DNA of 20,000 nt from an uncultured virus (IMG/VR IMGVR_UViG_3300017780_003486) (lineage: Duplodnaviria; Heunggongvirae; Uroviricota; Caudoviricetes), in IMG/VR virus record IMGVR_UViG_3300017780_003486. One strand, written 5' to 3'. The notes beneath the pieces were generated by a model. It saw only the letters and a list, made by a program, of their open reading frames with translations. It was not told where the DNA came from and searched no databases. Both the position numbers and the translations under genes were made by a program. Positions 8,305 through 14,691 of the stretch are shown here, piece by piece (position 1 is the first letter of the stretch; every line of letters starts with the position of its first letter).

Positions 8305-8930
8305 TAGAGAGCTTCTTCGTTAGCGCGAGGCCGAGCAAGCTCGTGAGCCTTGAGCCCGATACACCGCTTGCAGTTGACCTCCTCCCACTTAGACCGGACG
8401 CGCGCCTTCGACTGCCGGAACGAAAACCGGTTCCCGCTCGATACTGCCGTGCAGAGCGGACGACCGAAACCGCTACGGCTGAAGTGGATCGGCGCTGGCC
8501 GCTTCGGCTTCGTCTTCTTCTCTATCGTATCCTCCTCCGAAGGCCCGAGCGGCGCTCCCTTCGGTCGGAAGCGCATACCGGAGATATGGCCGCGACTGAA
8601 GTTATGACCGTCCTTCGTCCGAAGGAGCCAATCTCTGACGGCACTTTCGAGGTCGCCGGAAATCCGGATGCCGTAGTCGGGGCCGCGCACGCCGTTGGTC
8701 CCCCACTCAAGGCCGTGCGAGGTCTCGTAAGCGAAGGAGCGAACCTGCCGAACGATGTCGGCGGCGCAGAGATAGAACGTCCGCGTGTACCAGCGGCGAC
8801 CGTACTTTCCGAAGTCGCCATCCGGGTGGTCCTTCTCCTGCTTCGCGCGATCCTTAAGGTTGTCGGCCCAGAGGAAGTCCCACGCGGCGGGGATCGCCTT
8901 GGCGATGTCGAACGAAAAACGCTTTCCCAT
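8304..8930 (-). CDS. hypothetical protein with C-terminal His/Cys motif (H...C...CxxC)
   Basis: 208 aa; AGGAGG RBS; its TAG overlaps repeat B. Confidence 0.75.
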   Translation of the reverse strand: MGKRFSFDIAKAIPAAWDFLWADNLKDRAKQEKDHPDGDFGKYGRRWYTRTFYLCAADIVRQVRSFAYETSHGLEWGTNGVRGPDYGIRISGDLESAVRDWLLRTKDGHNFSRGHISGMRFRPKGAPLGPSEEDTIEKKTKPKRPAPIHFSRSGFGRPLCTAVSSGNRFSFRQSKARVRSKWEEVNCKRCIGLKAHELARPRANEEAL

Positions 8931-8942
8931 AATCGTGTCCTC

Positions 8943-9191
8943 CTATCGAACGGCGGTGGTCGAAAGCGAATAGATCGGCCGCCAGACGACGTGTACTTCG
9001 TCCGTCCCGCTCGGGCCGTAGAGGAAGCAAGGGAGTGACGTGTTCTCCGTCTCCCGTTCGATACGACGAACCGCGTCGATGTGTAAGCGAAGGTAGCGCG
9101 CGATCACCGGCAGCGGAGCGCGCATCACAAACGAGAGGTCGTTCTTATCGCTCTTCGGGGCGACCGACAGATCGTACAACTGAATGGCCAT
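8943..9191 (-). CDS. hypothetical protein
   Basis: 82 aa; AAAGGA RBS after repeat C. Confidence 0.7.
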   Translation of the reverse strand: MAIQLYDLSVAPKSDKNDLSFVMRAPLPVIARYLRLHIDAVRRIERETENTSLPCFLYGPSGTDEVHVVWRPIYSLSTTAVR

Positions 9192-9210
9192 AGGTTACGT
9201 CCTTTCTATT

Positions 9211-9271
9211 CCAGCGGAAGCGCTGGCGGATCGAGCCCCGGATCGTCGGGGCTCTCACCGTTAGAGTTTCC
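9211..9271 (-). repeat. structured intergenic element, copy C
   Basis: Sense: GGAAACTCTAACGGTGA-GAGCCCCG-ACGATC-CGGGGCTC-GATCCGCCAGCGCTTCCGCTGG. Confidence 0.95.
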
Positions 9272-10243
9272 TCACTTCTTCTCGACTTGGAGGTCGAGGC
9301 CGATCTTGTCGCCGGCAACCCGTCCGACGCTGAACGCTTCTCCCTTCTTCGCGTTCTTCGCGTTCTCGCGAGCGTTCTTCTTGTAGTATTCGCGAGCGGC
9401 CTTCTTCGCGTCCTCTTCGCTATAGCCGTGGCTCCGATAGAACGCTTCGACCCAATCGACGCCTTCGCTTTCGAGGCGTTCGGCGACGAGGCGACGCTCG
9501 CGCTCAGACGCCTCGCGGCCTTTCCTCCGGGCCGCCGTCGTTCCGGCCGGGAGGCCATAGCGAAGATCGGCGTTGAGGTCTTCTTCCGAGCCGTAGACAT
9601 CCGAGAGGAGGACAAGGCCCGTGCCGGGAGTAGCGCTACCCGTCGCGGCGGTCGCCTTCCGACGAGCGGCCTCCGCTTCGGCTTCTTCGCGCTCCCGCTT
9701 CGCGCGCTGGGCGAAAAGACGTTCAGAGAGACGCGAGACCGCGCCGTCAAAGAAGAGCGCGTTGTCGGAGGTCCCGTGGTCGTATCCGTGACGCGCGGCC
9801 TCGCGCCCAATCGACTTGACGAGATAGTCGTAAAGGGCAATCGTTCCTTGGATGTTGATCGTCCGCCCGATCAGAACGTGGAAGGTCGACTTCTTGAGCC
9901 CGAGATGTCGGCGGCTCTTGAGCGTCCGCTCGACGAGCTTCTCCTGCACGAAGTGGATGCAGAAGTTCCCCTTCGCGAGAGCGGCCATAAGCTCGCGCTG
10001 CCACTTGTACATCGCGCGCCGATCCGTCTCGGCCTTCTCGCGATCCGTCATCGCGTCGGCGTTACGCTCCGAAGCCGTGACCTGCGCGAGCGACAAGCCG
10101 TAGTCCTGAAGGAGTTCCTGTACCTTCGCCGCAGCGCTCTCGGCTTCGGCGGCCGACGAGTTCTTATTCTTATCGGCGAGGGCGAGGAGCTTCTTGATAC
10201 GCTCGATCACTTTCTCGGTCGGCATCTGCTGTTGGTTCGTCAT
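9272..10243 (-). CDS. DUF2786 domain protein
   Basis: N-terminal KVIERIKKLLALA...AEAESAAAKVQELLQDYGLS is the DUF2786 pattern; C-terminal AFSVGRVAGDKIGL; AAGGAG RBS. Confidence 0.85.
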   Translation of the reverse strand: MTNQQQMPTEKVIERIKKLLALADKNKNSSAAEAESAAAKVQELLQDYGLSLAQVTASERNADAMTDREKAETDRRAMYKWQRELMAALAKGNFCIHFVQEKLVERTLKSRRHLGLKKSTFHVLIGRTINIQGTIALYDYLVKSIGREAARHGYDHGTSDNALFFDGAVSRLSERLFAQRAKREREEAEAEAARRKATAATGSATPGTGLVLLSDVYGSEEDLNADLRYGLPAGTTAARRKGREASERERRLVAERLESEGVDWVEAFYRSHGYSEEDAKKAAREYYKKNARENAKNAKKGEAFSVGRVAGDKIGLDLQVEKK

Positions 10244-10258
10244 CTATCTCTCCTTATC

Positions 10259-10319
10259 CCAGCGGAAGCGCTGGCGGATCAAGCCTCGTACTATCGAGGC
10301 TCTCACCGTTAGAGCTTCC
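10259..10319 (-). repeat. structured intergenic element, copy D
   Basis: Variable stem GAGCCTCG-ATAGTA-CGAGGCTT with consensus flanks. Confidence 0.95.
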
Positions 10320-10666
10320 TACGGCGAAGCGTCCCATCCGGCAGCGCGTTCGGCCGCGCGGATACCGGAAAGGTCGTATGACCGCTCGCGCCTCCGGTCG
10401 GCAAGGCCGACGGCACGCTCGACTTCTTCGAGAGGCCATCCGACGTATCGAGCGAACCGCTCGCGCGCCTTCGCCTCGTTCATCGTCTTCTTGACCGGCC
10501 GTCCTTCGACCTTGCACCAGACGACGAGGCCGAGATGGATCGTCGTCTTCCTCTTTCCTTTCCTCTCTACCGTGTACTCGACGAAGGAGTACGGGTCGTG
10601 GCGCGGTCCCTCGTCGCCGTTCTTGACCGTGATCGAACCGCTCGTCGTCTTATAGCGTTCATACAT
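10319..10666 (-). CDS. hypothetical basic protein
   Basis: 115 aa; lies exactly between repeats E and D; AGGAG RBS. Confidence 0.75.
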   Translation of the reverse strand: MYERYKTTSGSITVKNGDEGPRHDPYSFVEYTVERKGKRKTTIHLGLVVWCKVEGRPVKKTMNEAKARERFARYVGWPLEEVERAVGLADRRRERSYDLSGIRAAERAAGWDASP

Positions 10667-10680
10667 TCGTCTCTCCTATC

Positions 10681-10742
10681 CCAGCGGAAGCGCTGGCGGA
10701 TCGAGCCCCGGATCGCGTCGGGGCTCTCACCGTTAGAGCTTC
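10681..10742 (-). repeat. structured intergenic element, copy E
   Basis: Variable stem GAGCCCCG-ACGCGATC-CGGGGCTC; the TAA inside the element is the methyltransferase stop codon. Confidence 0.95.
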
Positions 10743-11245
10743 ACGAGTTGCGTAGCGAGACAGATGTTTCTCTCGACGATCCCGCAGATCAATTGGAAAC
10801 CGATCTTAAGGCGCCAGTCGATGCGTCCGCCTTCCCGATCATATGTAGTGTCGGTGAAGAGGTTCTTGAACGTCTCTTCCGTCCACGACGATTTGTGATC
10901 GAGGTTCTGATGCTGTAGTTGCGAATTATAGTACGGCACCACGATAAGCGCGGAACCGCCCGGCTTCAGAACTCGATTTATTTCCTCGACGACTTTCGTA
11001 GCGGTCGAGCCGTCGAGATGTTCGAAGAAGTGATAAGCGACCACTCCCGCCACTTCTTCGTCTCCGAACGGGATCGTATCTCGTCGAGCATCCCAATCGG
11101 GAAGATCGAGGTTGGTCGTTTCGTAGGGAAGGGCCTTTCGACCGGAGCCGAGGTTGATTATCGGCCCGGATGGAAAAGAAAGGATGGCCGGAACGTCCCG
11201 GCTCATCCCCCAGCGAAACAGGTCTTGAAAGCGAACTTCCTTCAT
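10733..11245 (-). CDS. class I SAM-dependent methyltransferase (Methyltransf_11-like)
   Basis: INLGSG (motif I), NLD, IPFGDEEV, HFFEHL and EINRVLKPGG..IVVP motifs; AAGGAGG RBS. Confidence 0.85.
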   Translation of the reverse strand: MKEVRFQDLFRWGMSRDVPAILSFPSGPIINLGSGRKALPYETTNLDLPDWDARRDTIPFGDEEVAGVVAYHFFEHLDGSTATKVVEEINRVLKPGGSALIVVPYYNSQLQHQNLDHKSSWTEETFKNLFTDTTYDREGGRIDWRLKIGFQLICGIVERNICLATQLVKL

Positions 11246-11248
11246 TGA

Positions 11249-11590
11249 CTAAGCCTCCTTAACGATCTGAAAGGTAACGGAACGCTTGCCGTTCTCGAAC
11301 ACGGCCCGACCGCTCGCCTTCAACGACTTGCGAAACCGGGCACACTGGGCGGCGGTCCCGAGCTTCAGCGACTTGAAGGCGCTCCAGGCGCTATCGTACT
11401 TCTTGCCGCCGACCTTAACGGCGTGGCGGGTGGCCCGCGCCTTCATAACCTTGTCCGACGCGGCCTTCTTCGCCGTCTTCTTCGCGACCTTCTTGACCGC
11501 GACCTTCTTGACCGCGACCTTCTTCGTGTTCTCGGCCGAAGCCTTGACGACGTTGGCGACGACGGCGACGTTGTTCTTCTTGGCGTTCAT
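11249..11590 (-). CDS. histone H1-like Lys/Ala-rich DNA-binding protein
   Basis: KKVAVKKVAVKKVAKKTAKK repeats followed by a VKVGGKKYDSAWSAFKSLKL domain; AGGAG RBS. Confidence 0.75.
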   Translation of the reverse strand: MNAKKNNVAVVANVVKASAENTKKVAVKKVAVKKVAKKTAKKAASDKVMKARATRHAVKVGGKKYDSAWSAFKSLKLGTAAQCARFRKSLKASGRAVFENGKRSVTFQIVKEA

Positions 11591-11640
11591 AGTAGTCTCC
11601 TATTTCGAAGTACCCGCTCGTCCTCTCGGGATCGGAGCGT

Positions 11641-11697
11641 CCAGCGGAAGCGCTGGCGGATCGAGCGGCCGTAGCCGCTCTCACCGTTAGAGCTTCC
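11641..11697 (-). repeat. structured intergenic element, copy F
   Basis: Variable stem GAGCGGC-TACG-GCCGCTC (cUACGg tetraloop). Confidence 0.95.
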
Positions 11698-11792
11698 TAG
11701 TAGTTCCGCTCGTCGTTCTCCGGGTCTCCGATAAGCCAGAGGACGAGAGCTGCCGCGATCCACGGCGAGAGTAGTTGAACAGCGAGCCACAT
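11697..11792 (-). CDS. small membrane protein (31 aa)
   Basis: Below the ORF-track cutoff; AGGAGG RBS; MWLAVQLLSPWIAAALVLWLIGDPENDERNY; its TAG overlaps repeat F exactly as for the other genes. Confidence 0.65.
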   Translation of the reverse strand: MWLAVQLLSPWIAAALVLWLIGDPENDERNY

Positions 11793-11804
11793 CAGACGGT
11801 CCTC

Positions 11805-12005
11805 CTAGTACCGGGTGCCGTAGTAGAGCCACGGATTGTTGGGGTGGCGCTTGTTCATCACGCGATGAAACTCACGTACGATGCCGTCACTGACATTCAA
11901 CTCTCTGACGATCTCGCTCTTGCTGAAGCGAGCCAGAAAGACGTTGGTGAAGACGTAGATGACCTGAAGGTAGATGGCCTGAGACAGTTCGTTCATAATG
12001 TTCAT
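11805..12005 (-). CDS. hypothetical protein
   Basis: 66 aa (or 63 aa from the second Met, which is better spaced from AGGAGG). Confidence 0.65.
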   Translation of the reverse strand: MNIMNELSQAIYLQVIYVFTNVFLARFSKSEIVRELNVSDGIVREFHRVMNKRHPNNPWLYYGTRY

Positions 12006-12009
12006 CCTC

Positions 12010-12147
12010 CTAAGCGATCAGATATCCGTACCGATTGTACCAGCCTCGTCTCGTCTTGATCGGTCGGCTCCGGGTTCCTTTTCGAGACGCGGCGAATTCA
12101 CATTCGAGCCGTATCGCGTCACATAGCGCTTTCAGATCGAACGTCAT
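12010..12147 (-). CDS. small basic hypothetical protein (45 aa)
   Basis: Below the ORF-track cutoff; ATGA overlap and GAGGAG RBS; MTFDLKALCDAIRLECEFAASRKGTRSRPIKTRRGWYNRYGYLIA fills the gap exactly. Confidence 0.6.
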   Translation of the reverse strand: MTFDLKALCDAIRLECEFAASRKGTRSRPIKTRRGWYNRYGYLIA

Positions 12148-12371
12148 CGCGCGCTCTCCTCTTCGTTAAGGCGACGAACCACCGCGTCGATATCGGCCTG
12201 TCGGTCGCCGCTCTTAACGATCTTGAGGTTCTTCCGGCGAACGCCGAGCCCTTCGTCGTAGAGGTCGTCTGCTTCGTCCGCGACGGTCGCGCGGTCGTAG
12301 TCGCCGAAGTGGATCGCCCACGGGCTCTTATCGTCGTCTCGCGTCACGAGCGTGTAATACGTCTTCGCCAT
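12144..12371 (-). CDS. hypothetical phage protein
   Basis: Start reassigned to ATG 12371 (MAKTYYTLVTRDD...WAIHFGDYDR), after AAGGAG and repeat G; 75 aa. Confidence 0.8.
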   Translation of the reverse strand: MAKTYYTLVTRDDDKSPWAIHFGDYDRATVADEADDLYDEGLGVRRKNLKIVKSGDRQADIDAVVRRLNEEESAR

Positions 12372-12389
12372 CGTCGTCTCCTTCGTTAC

Positions 12390-12450
12390 CCAGCGGAAGC
12401 GCTGGCGGATCGAGCGGCACCGAAGCGCCGCTCTCACCGTTAGAGCTTCC
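12390..12450 (-). repeat. structured intergenic element, copy G
   Basis: Variable stem GAGCGGCGC-TTCG-GTGCCGCTC (cUUCGg tetraloop, one G-U pair). Confidence 0.95.
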
Positions 12451-12740
12451 TAGTAGTTGACTTCGTAGTAGCGACGACCATCGCGACCGAGAGAACGAAG
12501 GACCTTCGCTTGGTGGAGTGCTTTGACCGCTTCGGTGAGGTCGACCGTCTCGACGTTGTTAAGTGCCGCTCCGATCCGGTTGATCTGATCGATGTCGATC
12601 ATCGCGTAATACATAACCCGGAAGACCCGAGCCGCGAGTGCGGTCGACGGCGACCAGTTCGCCTTTACCTCTAAGAAGCCGTCGAGCAGTTCGAACGTCT
12701 TCGCTTCTTCTTCGGACCGCTTCGAATAATCCTTAGCCAT
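12450..12740 (-). CDS. hypothetical protein (possible wHTH-like C-terminus)
   Basis: 96 aa; lies exactly between repeats H and G; AAGGAG RBS. Confidence 0.75.
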   Translation of the reverse strand: MAKDYSKRSEEEAKTFELLDGFLEVKANWSPSTALAARVFRVMYYAMIDIDQINRIGAALNNVETVDLTEAVKALHQAKVLRSLGRDGRRYYEVNY

Positions 12741-12760
12741 CGTCGTCTCTCCTTCGTTAT

Positions 12761-12817
12761 CCAGCGGAAGCGCTGGCGGATCGAGCGGCCGCAGCCGCTC
12801 TCACCGTTAGAGCTTCC
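12761..12817 (-). repeat. structured intergenic element, copy H
   Basis: Variable stem GAGCGGC-TGCG-GCCGCTC (cUGCGg tetraloop). Confidence 0.95.
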
Positions 12818-13071
12818 TAGTTCTCGTCGTTAAGCTCGCTATCGGCGAACTCTTCCCAGAGGAAGCGCTCGGCTTCCTCGATGGTCCCGAATGTCCGGTC
12901 GTCTCCGGCGAGGCTCACTTCGTAATGAGCGCTGGTCGACCCTTCGTTCGGCACGCCGATATAGAAGGCGTCGAGGTAGAGGTATCCGGCGAACTCCGCG
13001 AAGCCGCTCGTGTACGGCGCGAGGTTCGAGACGTACTTACGCGATGCCTTGAACTCTTCGAACGTCGTCAT
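12817..13071 (-). CDS. hypothetical acidic protein
   Basis: 84 aa; lies exactly between repeats I and H; AAGGAG RBS. Confidence 0.75.
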   Translation of the reverse strand: MTTFEEFKASRKYVSNLAPYTSGFAEFAGYLYLDAFYIGVPNEGSTSAHYEVSLAGDDRTFGTIEEAERFLWEEFADSELNDEN

Positions 13072-13090
13072 GGTCTTTCTCCTTCGTTAC

Positions 13091-13151
13091 CCAGCGGAAG
13101 CGCTGGCGGAGACCGACACGACGGATCGTGTCGGCTACCGTTAGAGCTTCC
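13091..13151 (-). repeat. structured intergenic element, copy I (fully replaced inner stem)
   Basis: Sense: GGAAGCTCTAACGG-TAG-CCGACACGA-TCCG-TCGTGTCGG-TCT-CCGCCAGCGCTTCCGCTGG. Confidence 0.95.
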
Positions 13152-13157
13152 TGATCG

Positions 13158-13352
13158 TTAGCGCTTCTTGCCGCCGATGTTCGGCTGCGGGTTGAACTCC
13201 TTCGGCTTACGTTCGAACGTCGCGCCCTGATCGTAGTTCTCGACGAGCTGTTCGGCTTCCTTATGAGCCTTCGCCGAGTAGAGCGACCACATCGGCGTGT
13301 GCAGAACCTTCTGAGCATTACGATACGACTTGGATGAAATCCGATAAGCCAT
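13158..13352 (-). CDS. hypothetical protein (first gene of the repeat-punctuated array)
   Basis: 64 aa; AAGGAG RBS after repeat J. Confidence 0.75.
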   Translation of the reverse strand: MAYRISSKSYRNAQKVLHTPMWSLYSAKAHKEAEQLVENYDQGATFERKPKEFNPQPNIGGKKR

Positions 13353-13373
13353 GTTCTTCTCCTTCTTCGTTAC

Positions 13374-13435
13374 CCAGCGGAAGCGCTGGCGGATCGAGCG
13401 TCGTTAGTATCGACGCTCTCACCGTTAGAGCTTCC
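13374..13435 (-). repeat. structured intergenic element, copy J (5'-most, no upstream gene)
   Basis: Variable stem GAGCGTCG-ATACTAA-CGACGCTC with consensus flanks. Confidence 0.95.
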
Positions 13436-13439
13436 TCTT

Positions 13440-13480
13440 TTAAGTTAGTAGCATAACCTCAGTCGCGACGGCTTCATAGA
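13440..13480 (-). promoter_or_regulatory. possible sigma70-type promoter for the accessory array
   Basis: -10-like TATGCT at 13455-13450 in a local AT-rich patch just upstream of copy J; the -35 match is poor. Confidence 0.3.
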
Positions 13481-14139
13481 GCGCATCGGTTCGTTATGCA
13501 TCGATCTCTCTTCGCTAAACTCCGCGTCTCGCACTCGGACGGGGAACGGCCTCCGCGCTTAAGAGCCTCTATCGTTCCGGCGACTAGAGCGACGGGGGAA
13601 CGATTTCAGGACTTATCTATTCAGCGACTTGGGGCGGGATAGGAAGAGGCTAGACCCGTCCCGATCCGAACGCCGAGGCCGCTTCTCCTTTCGGCCTACA
13701 GAGGAGGACGAGGAAAGGAGAGCAGAGCCATCGGCCCAGAAGGGGCGATAGGGTCTAGGGTTCTTTAGCCGGGGCCGCCTAGAGTGCTAATCGAACCTCG
13801 CCGTTTTGGCTGCAAGCGGTTCGAAGAGCCTAGCAGGGCGCTTCTAATTTTTCCCCGGTTCCCTCCAGCGGCCTCCACGCGACCCTAAGTTACGGAGGGG
13901 AACCAGCGAGGCCCGGAGGCCCCGCCCCTCCGACGTTCCCGCCGGAGGTAGGCTCATTATAGAAAGAAAGAGGAAGGAAGGAAGGCCCGAAAACCGATTT
14001 TTTAGGCCCCATATATAGTAGGGGTCCGGGCCGCCCCGGTCCGGGAGCCCTCCCGGAGCTCAGGAAAGGCCCAAAATCGACAAGGCTAAAAGCCTTACGC
14101 CATCGGCATTAAAACGAAACCACGACCAAAACAGGCGTT

Positions 14140-14691
14140 CTATCGACTCCCGGCCGGGGATCGGGGCCTAGTAGGGGCCGGGCCGGGGCTCCCGGCCGGG
14201 GCTCCCGGAAGGCGTCTAATCGATCCTCCGGCGACCGGGGCGATAACCTCGCGCCATTTCGGGAGCGGAGCGAATAGAAGGACCTCGCGGATAGCCTTCC
14301 AGTTCCATCGCGAAGGTCCTCCAGTCTCGACGAGTATCGCCTTCGCATCGATGCCTCTCTCCAGTACCTCACGCGCCTGAACTCCGAAGAAGAGATAAAG
14401 CTCATCGACCTCTTCACCAAGCCGTGGGCCTTCGCGCGTCTCTCGTCTCGCGGCGATGAATGATCGTCCGCCAGCGATGGCGCGACGAGTATGCCAGCCG
14501 ACCTGCTTGGGCCTCATCCGAATGGTCTTGCCGTAGACGCGCTTGTTCTCGATCCAGAACTCGACGCCCTCGTCGCACCCGTTGGTATCGGGTACGCCTT
14601 GGACCGTCATACCGGTTTCGATAGGGAGAAGATGCATACCGCGAAGATGCGCGTTGTAGATCGACCGTAGGCCGCCGTCCGTCCCGCTCAT
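14140..14691 (-). CDS. PD-(D/E)xK nuclease, VRR-NUC / Holliday junction resolvase-like
   Basis: Start reassigned to ATG 14691 (ATGA overlap). GVPD...GVEFWIENK...MRPKQVGWH...AGG is the VRR-NUC-type pattern; low-complexity C-terminal tail. Confidence 0.75.
   Translation of the reverse strand: MSGTDGGLRSIYNAHLRGMHLLPIETGMTVQGVPDTNGCDEGVEFWIENKRVYGKTIRMRPKQVGWHTRRAIAGGRSFIAARRETREGPRLGEEVDELYLFFGVQAREVLERGIDAKAILVETGGPSRWNWKAIREVLLFAPLPKWREVIAPVAGGSIRRLPGAPAGSPGPAPTRPRSPAGSR

Noticed and set aside
4351..10312. Long plus-strand ORFs (e.g. 4351-5490, 8343-9038, 9287-10312; also 15868-17040)
   Set aside because: They are antisense shadows of well-supported minus-strand genes in GC-rich DNA, with no recognisable motifs, and they run across the intergenic RNA elements.
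12372..12437. Recurrent peptide 'RSIRQRFRW' in several ORF-track proteins
   Set aside because: It is only a translation of the repeat element; the real starts lie downstream of the repeat, after the SD.
12761..12817. Repeat as a twister, pistol or HDV-like ribozyme
   Set aside because: UAA before a stem is twister-like and the 6-nt loop pseudoknot is pistol-like. However, twister L4/T1/T2, the pistol P2/GCG/GU core and HDV P3/P1.1/J4-2 elements could not be mapped consistently across copies.
7757..13435. Repeats as a CRISPR array (plus-strand GTTAGAGCT resembles type II-A repeat starts)
   Set aside because: Intervals are 220-1000 bp and contain whole genes with RBSs; the repeats have a variable internal hairpin; no cas genes are in the window.
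7757..13435. Repeats as integron attC sites (CTCTAAC near the stop codon, variable terminal hairpin)
   Set aside because: There is no complementary GTTRRRY R' box at the 3' end, CTCTAAC does not fit RYYYAAC, and no integron integrase is in the window. UNCG loops and G-U pairs point to sense-strand RNA. Not fully excluded without IntegronFinder and the rest of the genome.
7757..13435. Repeats as rho-independent terminators or sigma70 promoters
   Set aside because: No U-tract follows either hairpin on the sense strand, and no recognisable -35/-10 boxes lie within the GC-rich element. A phage-specific promoter cannot be strictly excluded.
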